From the NCBI GenBank assembly GCA_050015255.1, contig JBEKBT010000005.1, forward strand, positions 657 to 64,656: DNA of 64,000 bases, given 5' to 3'. Every line of letters starts with the position of its first letter. Position 1 is the stretch's first letter. The notes below the pieces were generated by a model that saw only the letters and a list, made by a program, of their open reading frames with translations, had not been told where the DNA came from and did not search any database. Below are positions 1 to 9,955 of the stretch, one piece after another. A program made the translations under genes and the position numbers. The DNA is from Acidimicrobiales bacterium. Its GTDB lineage: Bacteria; Actinomycetota; Acidimicrobiia; Acidimicrobiales; Bog-793.

Positions 1-93
1 CGAGAATTCGAGTGGTGCCTCGATCTCATCGAGGCCGGCTGCGCGTCCCTGCTGGATGAGCTCGCGACCGAGCTTGCCCCTGGCTGAGAGCCT

Positions 94-1500
94 TCAGGTG
101 GCCGGGCTCACAGAGCTCATGTTGAACTCTGCCACTCGAAGCGCCGGCATCGCCGTGCGGTTCAGCCACTCGTTGGACTCCCGCGAGAGCGCCCGTTCGG
201 TCCGTCCCGCCTCGACGGTCTTCGCCAGCATGTCGACCGGGCTCTCGTTGAAGCGGAAATTGTTGACGGAGCCGACGATCTCGCCGTGCTCGACGAGGTA
301 GACGCCGTCTCGCGTCAAGCCGGTAAGGAGCAAGGTCTCGGCGTCCACCTCCCGGATGTACCAAAGGCACGTGAGCAGCAGCCCGCGTTCGGTGCGCCCG
401 ACCAGATCCTCGATGCTGCCCGTGGCACCGGGCAATTCGAGGATGAGGTTGTCGGCGGAGGCCGCCGGCCGGACGCCCGACCGCGCCGCCGCCGCGCGGT
501 GGTACTCCAGGCGTGCGAGGCACCCTTGTGATATCCACTCGGTCCGCTCGATGGGTAGCCCGTTGTCGAAGACGGACACGTCCTGACCGGAAGCCGGGGT
601 GACCAGAAACGGCGTGCACTCGAGACCCGGCTCGAACGGATCGCTGCGCAAAGAGAACGGGTGCGAGGACAGCGACTCGCCCACCCGGGTCCCACCGCCA
701 GGCGCCGAGAAGACGCTGCGACCCTCTTCTGCTTCCCGACCCGAGATCGACCCGCCAAGCATGATGATGAGATCGGCGACCGCATCGGGTGGGAGCACTA
801 CCTCGTAACGACCAGAGTCGAGCTCGACCTTGCGCTCACCCCAGGCGAGACGGCGAGCCAGTCGCTCCTCGAGCTCCTCGACATGGACCGTGGCAAGGTC
901 CGCGGCGCCGGCCGAGGCCCAGGCCGAGCGCGCTCCCCCATCGGTGCGGGCGACGAGCTCGAGCTTGCCCGTCGGCTGCACGTACCGCAGCCGCAAGCCG
1001 GTCGAAGAGCCGAGATAAACGGTCGAGACACGATGCTCGGCGAAACCAGACAGGGTCGTCCCTGCCGCGCGGGCCCGCCCGAAGGCGTCACCGAGCCCGG
1101 TCAGCACATCGCCGAGCCCGGCCAGGTTCGTCATCACAGGTGGGTCGGAGAACTCGCTCGGAGCGGCGGATTGCCCCTGGGTAACAAGGGGGAAGGCATC
1201 CTCGGCCGGCGGGGCAGAGAGGGCGATCGCCTCGGCGCGGCGAACGAGATCGATGGCGTCAGTGGCGCCACTGCTGCTCGCGGTCCCGACGGCTGTCCCC
1301 CCGGCGACCTCCCGGAAGGCGATCACACTCACGTTGCGGTCGCGGCGCGTCCCGTTCGTCGTGGCGGTGTTGTTCGCGAAGCGAAGCTCGGCCTCGCTGG
1401 CCTCCTCCACGATCACGATGCAGGCGTCGGACTGGGAGGCCTCGAGCGCCCTCTCAACTACCGTGTCCGCCTTGGTCAGATGCCCCGTGGTGGCGCTCAT
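94..1500 (-). CDS. TldD/PmbA-family metallopeptidase, PmbA-like partner subunit
   Basis: 468-aa ORF whose length and sequence are typical of PmbA/TldE. It has a 4-nt ATGA start/stop overlap (1497-1500) with the upstream tldD-like gene. Confidence 0.8.
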   Translation of the reverse strand: MSATTGHLTKADTVVERALEASQSDACIVIVEEASEAELRFANNTATTNGTRRDRNVSVIAFREVAGGTAVGTASSSGATDAIDLVRRAEAIALSAPPAEDAFPLVTQGQSAAPSEFSDPPVMTNLAGLGDVLTGLGDAFGRARAAGTTLSGFAEHRVSTVYLGSSTGLRLRYVQPTGKLELVARTDGGARSAWASAGAADLATVHVEELEERLARRLAWGERKVELDSGRYEVVLPPDAVADLIIMLGGSISGREAEEGRSVFSAPGGGTRVGESLSSHPFSLRSDPFEPGLECTPFLVTPASGQDVSVFDNGLPIERTEWISQGCLARLEYHRAAAARSGVRPAASADNLILELPGATGSIEDLVGRTERGLLLTCLWYIREVDAETLLLTGLTRDGVYLVEHGEIVGSVNNFRFNESPVDMLAKTVEAGRTERALSRESNEWLNRTAMPALRVAEFNMSSVSPAT

Positions 1501-3011
1501 CGGCCGGACTCCGTGCGGGCGTTCAGCACCTTGATGCCCCGGAACAGTGCTGAGGGGCAGCCGTGGCTGACAGGGGCGACCTGGCTGGGCTGGCCTTTCC
1601 CGCAGTTGAAGGCTCCTCCCAGACGGTATGTCGACTCTCCGCCCACCGCCTGCATGGCTCCCCAGAACTCCGTCGTGCGCGACTGGTAGGCGAGATCGTT
1701 GACTTGCCCGGAAAGCTTGCCCTTCTCGATCTTGAAGAAACGCTGCCCTGTGAACTGGAAGTTGTAGCGCTGCATGTCGATCGACCAGCTCTTGTCGCCG
1801 ACCACGTAGAAGCCGTTATCGACAGAGGAGATGAGCTCGTCTGTGCTCGGACCGGGCCCTGCGGCCGGGCGCAGTGACACGTTGGCCATGCGCTGGATGG
1901 GTACGTGCCCGGGGGAGTCGGCAAACGCGCAGCCGTTGGAGCGGCCGAGGCCCTTCAGGCGTGCGATGCGCCGGTCGAGCTGGTAGCCGACCAGCACGCC
2001 GTTGCGGATGAGATCGAAGCTCTGCGCCTCGACACCCTCGTCGTCGTAGGCGACAGTGGCCAACCCGTGGGCGACGGTGCGGTCGCCCGTCACGTTCATG
2101 ATGTCCGAGCCGTACTTGAGCGTGCCGAGCTTGTCGAAGGTGGCGAACGACGTCCCGGCGTACGCCGCCTCGTAGCCCATCGCCCGGTCGAGCTCGGTGG
2201 CGTGCCCGATGGACTCGTGGATCACGAGCCACAGGTTCGACGGGTCAATGACGAGGTCGTAGGCGCCGGGGACGACAGTCGGCGCACGGAGCTTCTCAAT
2301 GAGGTACTCGGGGATGCGGGCGAGCTCTCCGTCCCAGTCCCAGCCCTCGCCCAAGAGGTACTCCCAACCACGGCCGGCCGGTGGCGCCACCGATCGCATG
2401 GTCTCGAAACGTGCCGCTTGCCCATCGACCGCGATCGCCTCTACCACCGGGTGCAGGCGGACGCGGCACTGAGTCGTGACGGTTCCGGCGAGATCCGCAT
2501 AGTGCTTGTCCTCCACCACGGCCAGCACGTAGGCCGTCACGTGGTCCACGCCGCTCGAGCGGAGGAGACGCCCGCTCCACTCCTCGAGCAGGGCCACCTT
2601 CTCCGAGGTCGGGACCTCGACCGGGTCCAGGTCGTAGGAGGAGGTCCACACCGCCTCGCCATGCGAGGGCTCGTCGGCGAGCTCCACACGCTCGCTTACA
2701 GCCGGGGCGACCGCCCGCGCCGTCGCGACCGCCTGGTCGGCGAGCGCGGCAGCGCTGTCGGGGGCGAGCTCGACCGTGGCCGCGAACCCGAACGACCCGT
2801 CGTGGACGACCCGGAGGCCTATCCCGAGCTCGACATCGTCAGCCGAGGTCTCGAGCCGGGCGTCGCGTAACCGCACGAACTGCGAGCGGATCCGCTCGAT
2901 GCGCACTTCGGCATGCTCGCAGCCGAGCGCCCGCGCGCGGTCAAGTGCAGCGCCTCGCACTGCTTCAAGCGGGAGCGCCAGGAATTCGGCGTCGAGCTCC
3001 ACGGTCACCAT
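1497..3011 (-). CDS. tldD: TldD-family zinc metallopeptidase
   Basis: 504-aa ORF containing the HExxxH zinc motif (VIHESIGHATELD). It is paired with a PmbA-like gene as in tldD/pmbA systems. Confidence 0.85.
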   Translation of the reverse strand: MVTVELDAEFLALPLEAVRGAALDRARALGCEHAEVRIERIRSQFVRLRDARLETSADDVELGIGLRVVHDGSFGFAATVELAPDSAAALADQAVATARAVAPAVSERVELADEPSHGEAVWTSSYDLDPVEVPTSEKVALLEEWSGRLLRSSGVDHVTAYVLAVVEDKHYADLAGTVTTQCRVRLHPVVEAIAVDGQAARFETMRSVAPPAGRGWEYLLGEGWDWDGELARIPEYLIEKLRAPTVVPGAYDLVIDPSNLWLVIHESIGHATELDRAMGYEAAYAGTSFATFDKLGTLKYGSDIMNVTGDRTVAHGLATVAYDDEGVEAQSFDLIRNGVLVGYQLDRRIARLKGLGRSNGCAFADSPGHVPIQRMANVSLRPAAGPGPSTDELISSVDNGFYVVGDKSWSIDMQRYNFQFTGQRFFKIEKGKLSGQVNDLAYQSRTTEFWGAMQAVGGESTYRLGGAFNCGKGQPSQVAPVSHGCPSALFRGIKVLNARTESGR

Positions 3012-3084
3012 GTGTGATTCGCCTCCTCGAGTGCGCTGCCAAGTGTATGGGTCGCGACGTCGAGGCCGCCGGTCTTGACCAGCC

Positions 3085-4230
3085 CTACCGGGGCCGGTAC
3101 TTCTGGTCGAAGAAGACCTTGCCGTCGGGCGCGCGGTGCGGAGGCCGTTTGGGGGCCATCAGCTCGAGGGGAAGGTGGCGTCGTTCTCCCGACCAGGGGG
3201 CGCGGGGCGCCACGACGCTGTCCGCCAGCCGGTAGGCGAGCGCTTCGTAGTTCACGCGCCAGCCGCGGAAATGTGGCCAGGCCTCCTCGTTCGTGCGCTC
3301 GACCGGGAGTCCCGTCTGGCGCACGAGCTCAACGGCGTAGACGAACTCCTCGAAGCTGAGCTGGAGCGCCGCGTCCGGCATCGGGTCGGGATCGTATTTC
3401 CAGTGCAACATCCGGGCGATGCGACGAAGCGCCGTGAAGCCCATCCGCAGGCACATGCGTGCCTCGGAGGGCGCGCTCTCGGGGCCCAACGACAAGTGGA
3501 GCGCAGCCGCGTCGAGCACCGCGAGCAGGGACAGGACCCATGAGAAGCCAGGCTCGGGAGAGCGGAACCAAATCAGCACCGGATAGGAGATGTGGCTCTC
3601 GGCGAGGTCCGCGGACCACAACTCCCAGTCGCGGTACAAGGCGGGCAGCGCGTCGGTGATCCCGACGAGCTGATGGCGCATGAGCACCTCCGGGCCCCAC
3701 GCCGGCACGCCGGCGCGGCTCTCCATCAAGGTGACCAAGGACTCGCGGCGGTTGAAGGCCTGGTAGATGGCAGGCAGATAGCCGATCTGAAGGGCGACAG
3801 CGATGGCCCCGGTGGCACCCGCGAGAACGACGAGGACGTCGTTGCCTTTCAGGCTCGGGTGTACGAGGCCGACAGAGAACAAGGACGCGCCCGCTTCGCT
3901 GATGGCGCTCGGGAACGTCCCCGTCCAGTGCCACTGCATCAGGCCGTAGCCGACGACGTACAAGCCGAGAAAAACCGCGAGCTGCGCGATCAGCGAGACC
4001 GGGCCGACAGCGGCGAGAATGCCGTCCTTGCGGGCAAAGCTGCGAGCGGGTCTTGCAAGCAGCAAGAAACCACCCCTCACCAGCCGGCCGACAAGGAGCG
4101 GAAGGGCCTGGGCCCTCGAGCCTCCGCGCGGGAGGACGAAGGTGGAGACCAGGCTCACCGTGGCGAACGCCACGATGAGCAGGCCGAAGGCGAAGCCGAG
4201 CCAGGGCATACCGTGCGAGACTAGGGGCAA
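3085..4230 (-). CDS. Hypothetical integral membrane protein
   Basis: 381-aa ORF with several hydrophobic helices in the N-terminal half (LGFAFGLLIVAFATVSLV, VSLIAQLAVFLGLYVVGYGL, VLVVLAGATGAIAVALQIGYL). I recognise no family. It is co-directional with tldD. Confidence 0.6.
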   Translation of the reverse strand: MPLVSHGMPWLGFAFGLLIVAFATVSLVSTFVLPRGGSRAQALPLLVGRLVRGGFLLLARPARSFARKDGILAAVGPVSLIAQLAVFLGLYVVGYGLMQWHWTGTFPSAISEAGASLFSVGLVHPSLKGNDVLVVLAGATGAIAVALQIGYLPAIYQAFNRRESLVTLMESRAGVPAWGPEVLMRHQLVGITDALPALYRDWELWSADLAESHISYPVLIWFRSPEPGFSWVLSLLAVLDAAALHLSLGPESAPSEARMCLRMGFTALRRIARMLHWKYDPDPMPDAALQLSFEEFVYAVELVRQTGLPVERTNEEAWPHFRGWRVNYEALAYRLADSVVAPRAPWSGERRHLPLELMAPKRPPHRAPDGKVFFDQKYRPR

Positions 4231-4277
4231 GGACCTAGCCCGCCGCCACCGCTATCGGCGCCCTGCCGGGTGAGCGG

Positions 4278-4919
4278 TCAGTCCTCGGGAGAGCGGTTCG
4301 CGCTCGGGCCCTGGGCCCGTACCTCCTCGACGCGGGCGAACGCGCTGCGGAGCTCGTCGATCCACTCCGCCTCGTTACGCCCGACCAGCTCGACACACCA
4401 AGCGAGCGCCTCGCTTCTGCTCCGGGCGATCCCGGCGTCGATGAGAGTGTCGAGGACCTGGCGCTGTGACATCCGCAGCCGGGTCATGACGGGCACATTG
4501 GCGGTCGTGAACAGGCGCGTCGTGCCGCCCGACTTGGCTCCCCAGGAGACGAGACGCCCAAAACGGGCCTGTGCCTCCTCGGCGATGCGCATCCGCTGCT
4601 CACGGGTGTCCTCTCGGAACCGTTCGATACGCGCCTCCTCGGCGGTCGCAGCCTCGCCGGAAGTGGCCCCTTGTTCCAGCTCCACGGCGCTCAAGGGCCC
4701 GACGACGAGGATCTCGTCGTTGTCGATGGTCACCTCCGGAGTGCCGATGAAGAAGTCTTCAGGGAGCCGGCCGGCGAACCAGGCCTTGATCTCGGCTCGC
4801 TGCTCGGCAGAGGGGCGTTCCTCCGAGCCGGGGGCCCAGCGGCCCCGCCCCCAACGGGGCCCGGGGCCACGCCGTCCCCCTCGCTGCCGAGGATCATGTT
4901 GATGTTCTTTGTAAGTCAT
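4278..4919 (-). CDS. Conserved hypothetical protein with a possible C-terminal ribbon-helix-helix segment
   Basis: 213-aa ORF with high GC at third codon positions. It has an Arg/Gly-rich N-terminus and a C-terminal segment (VMTRLRMSQRQVLDTLIDAGIARSRSEALAWCVELV) that resembles CopG/Arc-type RHH. A leaderless-type promoter lies directly upstream. Confidence 0.6.
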   Translation of the reverse strand: MTYKEHQHDPRQRGGRRGPGPRWGRGRWAPGSEERPSAEQRAEIKAWFAGRLPEDFFIGTPEVTIDNDEILVVGPLSAVELEQGATSGEAATAEEARIERFREDTREQRMRIAEEAQARFGRLVSWGAKSGGTTRLFTTANVPVMTRLRMSQRQVLDTLIDAGIARSRSEALAWCVELVGRNEAEWIDELRSAFARVEEVRAQGPSANRSPED

Positions 4920-4925
4920 ATTGAA

Positions 4926-4954
4926 AGATTACATCATTACGAGTCAACTTGCAA
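4926..4954 (-). promoter_or_regulatory. Candidate sigma-70-type promoter giving a leaderless mRNA for the 4278..4919 gene
   Basis: The minus strand reads TTGCAA, a 17-nt spacer, TAATCT, then 6 nt (ttcaat), then ATG at 4919. This sits in a short AT-rich island between two CDS. Confidence 0.45.
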
Positions 4955-4960
4955 GCTGAC

Positions 4961-5797
4961 TTACCATGACGGGGAAGCTCGCGCTGTCCACCGCCCGTCC
5001 TCCCTGGACAGGCTGACCGCCAAACCGAAACAGCGTCCCAGCGACTGCCCGGTCATGACATCCTCGATCGGTCCCATCGCCACAACCTCACCTGCCCGCA
5101 GCAACAGAGCGTGGGAGGTGGTGGCCGGGAGCTCTTCGAGGCTGTGGCTCACGTGCACCGTCGTCGGAGAGCCTGGCGAACGCGCCAACGCCGTGAGCGC
5201 GAGGACGAGAGCCTCCCGCCCGGGAAGGTCCACGCCGGCGCACGGCTCGTCCAGCAGCAGCAGGGGGTGTTCTACGAACAGGGAACGGGCGAGCAGGACC
5301 CGCTGGCGCTCACCTTGGGAGCAGGAGCCGAACGCACGATCGGCCAGTGCTGAACAGCCGAGCGCGGCAAGAATCTGGCGTCCTCGCAACCGATCGGCCT
5401 CGTCGTTGTGGGCCCACCACGGCGCCAGAACGCCCCGCCCGCCGGTCAGCACGATGGCGAGGGCGGTGGCGCTCGGAGGGAGCCGGTCCGCCACGGCGTG
5501 ACTCACGACGCCGACGCGCGAGCGAAGGACCCGCAGGTCGCTCGCCCCGAGACGGGCGCCGAGCACGGTGACCGAGCCGGAGGAAGGATGACGCTCGGCG
5601 CCCAGCAAGCGTAAGAGCGTGGTCTTGCCCGCCCCGTTCGGCCCCAGCACCGCCCAGTGCTCTCCCTTGCGGATGGCGAAGGACACCGGTCCCAGCAGGC
5701 AGCGCCCGTCAGGTGTCTTGACCGTGGCGCGATCGAGCAGCGCCGCAAAGGCCTTGTCTGACTCGGCGTCAGCTTCCGGTACCCGTTCGCCTGCCAT
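4961..5797 (-). CDS. ABC transporter ATP-binding protein with no adjacent permease
   Basis: Walker A GPNGAGKTTLL, signature-like CSQGERQR, and Walker B LLLLDEP. Confidence 0.85.
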   Translation of the reverse strand: MAGERVPEADAESDKAFAALLDRATVKTPDGRCLLGPVSFAIRKGEHWAVLGPNGAGKTTLLRLLGAERHPSSGSVTVLGARLGASDLRVLRSRVGVVSHAVADRLPPSATALAIVLTGGRGVLAPWWAHNDEADRLRGRQILAALGCSALADRAFGSCSQGERQRVLLARSLFVEHPLLLLDEPCAGVDLPGREALVLALTALARSPGSPTTVHVSHSLEELPATTSHALLLRAGEVVAMGPIEDVMTGQSLGRCFGLAVSLSREDGRWTARASPSW

Positions 5798-5864
5798 GGT
5801 TGGCGAAGTCTCGCGCTAAGCCCTCTCCTCAGGCCGGATCGACTCTGGTCAGCGCGCTCGAGAG

Positions 5865-6320
5865 CTACTGGCCGGGCTCACCGCAGCGGACGATCACGAT
5901 GGCACAGGGTGCGTGCCGCAGGAGGTGCTCGGGGACAGAGCCGAGGAGCAAGCCCGCGAAAGCACCGTGCCCGTGGGTTCCGACGACGAGCAGGTCCGCG
6001 CCGTGTGCCTCCGCCAGGAGAAGTGGAGCAGCGCGGCCCTCTTTCACTATGGCTTCCACCGCGATGACGGGCGCAGCTCCGAGCGTGCTCGTGATCGCAT
6101 CGTTGAGCAAGTGTCTCGCTGTGGCCTCGGGGTCGTAGTCGATCGGGAACGTCGCAGCCCAGCCGCTGCTTGAGGAGATCTCCCACGCCATGAGCACCCG
6201 AAGTGACGCTCCTGTCAGCCGGGCCTGCTCGGCAGCCCACCTCAGGGCTCCGAGAGAAGGCTCCGAACCGTCGACGCCCACGACGATGAACCGCCCGACG
6301 CGTTCCGAGGTGTCTGTCAT
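5865..6320 (-). CDS. Universal stress protein (UspA family)
   Basis: 151 aa with FIVVGVDGS...LLVVGTHGHGAFAGLLLGSV...CAIVIV, typical of the USP nucleotide-binding fold. Confidence 0.85.
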   Translation of the reverse strand: MTDTSERVGRFIVVGVDGSEPSLGALRWAAEQARLTGASLRVLMAWEISSSSGWAATFPIDYDPEATARHLLNDAITSTLGAAPVIAVEAIVKEGRAAPLLLAEAHGADLLVVGTHGHGAFAGLLLGSVPEHLLRHAPCAIVIVRCGEPGQ

Positions 6321-6392
6321 GATTACTTATCTTACTCACCCGAAGGGCCTGACCTGCTCAATCGTGCTTGGAACATCATGGCGCTCAAAATG

Positions 6393-6413
6393 GTTGAGTG
6401 TGTAAGACTCAAC
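6393..6413 (+). promoter_or_regulatory. HAIR-like inverted repeat (HspR operator) upstream of lon
   Basis: GTTGAGT-N7-ACTCAAC compared with the HAIR consensus CTTGAGT-N7-ACTCAAG. It lies 19 nt upstream of the lon GTG start. An extra CTCAA-N5-TTGAG half-repeat overlaps it at about 6384-6398. Confidence 0.6.
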
Positions 6414-6431
6414 TGAGAGGAAGATCTACTG

Positions 6432-8786
6432 GTGTCAAGAACTCAACAGCTTCCGGTTCTGCCGTTGGCAGACGCCGTCGTGCTCCCTGGCATGGTCGTG
6501 CCGGTCACTTTGGGCGATACGGAACGACAGGCGGCAATAGATGCCGCCAAGGCAGGGGCCGATGACTGCGTCCTGCTCGTGCCGCGCCTAGACGGGAAGT
6601 ACGCCGGCGTCGGCGTCGTCGCTACGATCGAGCAGCTCGGAAAGCTGCCCGGCGGTGAGTCTGCCGCGGTGTTGCGGGCGACGGGTCGCGCACGCGTCGG
6701 CTCCGGTGTCACCGGGCCGGGCTCGGCACTGTGGGTCGAGGCCGAGATCCTCGAGGATGTCCTCGGCGGCGAGGCCGTGAGCGAGCTGACGCGTGAGTAC
6801 AAGAGCGTCGTCGTTTCCGTCCTCCAGCAGCGCGGCGCGTGGCAGGTCATCGACTCGGTCCAGCGCATCTCCGAGCCGGGTGAGCTGGCCGACCTGGCGG
6901 GCTACGCCCCCTACCTGACCAACGAGCAGAAGCTGTGGCTCCTTGAGACCGTCGACGTCGAGCAGCGCTTGGCGAGACTGATCGAGTGGGGCCGGGCCCA
7001 TCTCGCCGAGCTCGACGTCGCCGAGCGCATCCGAAGCGACGTGCACGAGGGCATGGAGAAGAGCCAGCGCGAGTTCCTGCTGCGCCAGCAGCTCGCCGCG
7101 ATCCGCAAGGAGCTCGGCGAGGGCGAGCCTGACGGCGCGGACGATTACCGCGCCCGCGTGGAGGCCGCCGAGCTGCCGGAAAAGGTGCTCGAAGCGGCGC
7201 TGCGCGAGGTCGGACGCCTCGAGCGCGCGAGTGACCAGAGCCCTGAAGCGGGCTGGATCCGCACGTGGCTCGACACGGTGCTCGAGATCCCGTGGAACGT
7301 GCGCACCACGGACAACGATGACATCAAAGCCGCCCGCGAAGTGCTCGACGCGGATCACGAGGGCCTCGAGGACGTGAAGGACCGCATGGTCGAGTACCTC
7401 GCCGTGCGCAGCCGTCGCCAGGCGCGTGGCCTCGCGGTCGTGGGTGGTCGCGGCTCGGGTGCAGTCCTCGCCCTGGTCGGGCCCCCGGGGGTGGGCAAGA
7501 CCTCGCTCGGCGAATCGGTCGCCCGTGCCCTCGGGCGCAAGTTCGTTCGCGTGTCGCTGGGCGGCGTGCGTGACGAGGCCGAGATACGCGGCCACCGCCG
7601 CACATATGTCGGCGCCCTGCCGGGACGCATCGTGCGGGCCATCCGTGAAGCCGGATCGATGAACCCGGTCGTGCTGCTCGACGAGATAGACAAGCTCGGC
7701 AGCGACTACCGAGGTGACCCTTCCTCCGCCCTGCTTGAGGTGCTCGACCCGGCGCAGAACCACACCTTCCGCGACCATTATCTGGAGATAGAGCTCGACT
7801 TGTCGGACGTCCTTTTCCTGGCGACGGCGAATGTGGCGGACACGATCCCCCCGGCGCTTCTCGACCGCATGGAGCTCGTCCGCCTCGACGGCTACACCGA
7901 GGACGAGAAGGTGGCCATCGCCCGCAACCACCTGGTCCCGCGTCAGATCGACCTGGCTGGCCTGGCCCGTGACGAGGTCGACATCGACGACGAGGCGCTG
8001 CGTGTCGTCGCGACCGAGTACACCCACGAGGCCGGCGTTCGCCAGCTCGAGCGGGCGATCGCAAAGATCCTCCGGAAGGTGACGACACGTCTTGCCGGCG
8101 ACTCCGAGGCGACACCGATCGAGATCGGGACCAAGGACCTGAAGGAGTTCCTCGGTCGGCCCCGTTTCACACCCGAGTCGGCGGAACGCACTGCCGTTCC
8201 CGGCGTGGCGACCGGCCTGGCCGTCACCGGGGCTGGTGGCGACGTGCTGTTCATCGAGGCCACCGTGATGGAGGGCGAGCCGCGTCTCGTCCTCACCGGC
8301 CAGCTCGGCGACGTCATGAAGGAGTCAGCCCAGATCGCTCTCTCCTACCTGCGCTCGCATTCGGGCTCGCTCGGGATCGACACCGAGCAGCTCGCCAAGG
8401 GTGCCATCCACCTGCACGTCCCGGCAGGCGCAGTCCCGAAGGACGGCCCGTCGGCGGGCGTCACCATGGTTGCGGCCCTGGCGTCGCTCGCCTCCGGCCG
8501 ACCGGTGCGCTCCGAGGTGGGCATGACCGGGGAAGTCACCTTGAACGGCCGGGTGCTCCCGATCGGCGGGGTGAAGCAGAAGCTGCTCGCCGCTCATCGG
8601 GCAGGCCTCACCGAGGTCTTCCTTCCGGCCCGCAACGGACCCGACCTGGACGACGTGCCGACGAACGTCCTCGAAGGCCTTACTGTTCATCTCGTGACAG
8701 ACGTCGCCGAGCTCGTCGCCGCGGCTCTCGAGCCGCTGGCCCATTCGGGCGCCTCGGAAAAGGCCGTGGGGTCGGCCGCGGCGTGA
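6432..8786 (+). CDS. lon: ATP-dependent Lon protease
   Basis: 784 aa with an N-terminal [22 protein letters not shown]+ Walker [10 protein letters not shown], and a protease serine motif [11 protein letters not shown]. Confidence 0.95.
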   Translation: MSRTQQLPVLPLADAVVLPGMVVPVTLGDTERQAAIDAAKAGADDCVLLVPRLDGKYAGVGVVATIEQLGKLPGGESAAVLRATGRARVGSGVTGPGSALWVEAEILEDVLGGEAVSELTREYKSVVVSVLQQRGAWQVIDSVQRISEPGELADLAGYAPYLTNEQKLWLLETVDVEQRLARLIEWGRAHLAELDVAERIRSDVHEGMEKSQREFLLRQQLAAIRKELGEGEPDGADDYRARVEAAELPEKVLEAALREVGRLERASDQSPEAGWIRTWLDTVLEIPWNVRTTDNDDIKAAREVLDADHEGLEDVKDRMVEYLAVRSRRQARGLAVVGGRGSGAVLALVGPPGVGKTSLGESVARALGRKFVRVSLGGVRDEAEIRGHRRTYVGALPGRIVRAIREAGSMNPVVLLDEIDKLGSDYRGDPSSALLEVLDPAQNHTFRDHYLEIELDLSDVLFLATANVADTIPPALLDRMELVRLDGYTEDEKVAIARNHLVPRQIDLAGLARDEVDIDDEALRVVATEYTHEAGVRQLERAIAKILRKVTTRLAGDSEATPIEIGTKDLKEFLGRPRFTPESAERTAVPGVATGLAVTGAGGDVLFIEATVMEGEPRLVLTGQLGDVMKESAQIALSYLRSHSGSLGIDTEQLAKGAIHLHVPAGAVPKDGPSAGVTMVAALASLASGRPVRSEVGMTGEVTLNGRVLPIGGVKQKLLAAHRAGLTEVFLPARNGPDLDDVPTNVLEGLTVHLVTDVAELVAAALEPLAHSGASEKAVGSAAA

Positions 8787-8805
8787 CCAGGGGCGGGGAC
8801 GCGAC

Positions 8806-9816
8806 ATGAGGACGTGGGCGCTGGACCATCCGGCGCCGGCTGCCGAGCATTCGCTGCAGCTCGTCGAGCGCCACGTCCCCGAGCCGGGCCCGAACGAGAT
8901 CCTCGTCAAGGTTCAAGTCTGCGGCGTCTGTCGCACCGACTTGCACCTTGTCGAGGGCGATCTTGCGCCTCGCCGGCCCGGTGTCGTTCCGGGCCATGAG
9001 GTCGTCGGCCACGTGGCTGCACAAGGCCGCGAGGCAAGACGCTTCGCCGAGGGCGAACGCGTCGGGATCGCCTGGCTGCGCTGGACCTGCGGCGTGTGCC
9101 GCTTTTGCGTTCGCGCCAAGGAGAACCTCTGCGTCGCGCCCTTGTTCACGGGCTGGGACGCCGACGGTGGCTACAGCGAGTACGCCGTCGTGCACGAGCG
9201 GTACGCCTACTCGATCCCCGAGGTGTTCTCCGACCGGGAAGCCGCTCCCCTCCTCTGCGCCGGCATCATCGGCTATCGCTCCTTGCGGAGGGCCGCCCTG
9301 CCGCCAGGTGGCCGCCTCGGGATCTACGGCTTTGGCGGCTCCGCCCACCTGACGGCCCAGGTGGCGATCCACGAGGGCGCGACCGTGCACGTCATGACGA
9401 GGGGGGCAGACGCCCGGGAGCTTGCCCTCTCGCTCGGGTGCGCCTCGGTTCAAGGAGACGACGACCCGCCCCCTGAGCCCCTCGACGCGGCCATCCTCTT
9501 TGCCCCGGTCGGGACCCTCGTCCTCCCGGCGATGGCGGCTTTGGACCGAGGTGGCCGGCTCGCGATCGCCGGCATCCACCTCTCCGACGTTCCCCCTCTC
9601 AACTACGACAAGCATCTCTTCGAGGAGCGCGAGCTGGTGAGCGTGACTGCCAACACGAGACGCGACGGCGAGGAGTTCTTGGCGCTCGCCGCCCAGATTC
9701 CGATCCGGCCGACGACCACCGAGTACCCCTTCGAGAAGGCTGACATCGCCCTCGAGGACCTGGCCCGTGACGCCGTGAGGGGCGCAGCTGTGATCCGGGT
9801 CGCGGGTGATCACTGA
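8806..9816 (+). CDS. Zinc-dependent alcohol dehydrogenase family oxidoreductase
   Basis: 336 aa with a catalytic zinc motif GHEVVGHV, a structural zinc cysteine cluster CGVCRFC, and a Rossmann segment IYGFGGSAH. Confidence 0.85.
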   Translation: MRTWALDHPAPAAEHSLQLVERHVPEPGPNEILVKVQVCGVCRTDLHLVEGDLAPRRPGVVPGHEVVGHVAAQGREARRFAEGERVGIAWLRWTCGVCRFCVRAKENLCVAPLFTGWDADGGYSEYAVVHERYAYSIPEVFSDREAAPLLCAGIIGYRSLRRAALPPGGRLGIYGFGGSAHLTAQVAIHEGATVHVMTRGADARELALSLGCASVQGDDDPPPEPLDAAILFAPVGTLVLPAMAALDRGGRLAIAGIHLSDVPPLNYDKHLFEERELVSVTANTRRDGEEFLALAAQIPIRPTTTEYPFEKADIALEDLARDAVRGAAVIRVAGDH

Positions 9817-9955
9817 GCCGCGAGACGGCTGTGGTGTCCGAAGGGCCTTATAGATAAAGGGTATCGAGGGCCCGCCGTGACGCGGCGTCAGGACCGAGTT
9901 GGACCGGGTTTGGAGAGGCCAGCTAGTCTGAGCTTACGAGCTCTTGGAGGGCCCA

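Noticed and set aside
6588-8027. 479-aa ORF antisense to lon, plus several other antisense or alternate-frame ORFs within 6443-8909.
   Set aside because: The translations are Arg/Gly/Ala/Pro-rich with no motifs. The region is fully covered by lon, which has clear AAA+ and protease motifs. This is a typical stop-codon-poor artefact of high GC.
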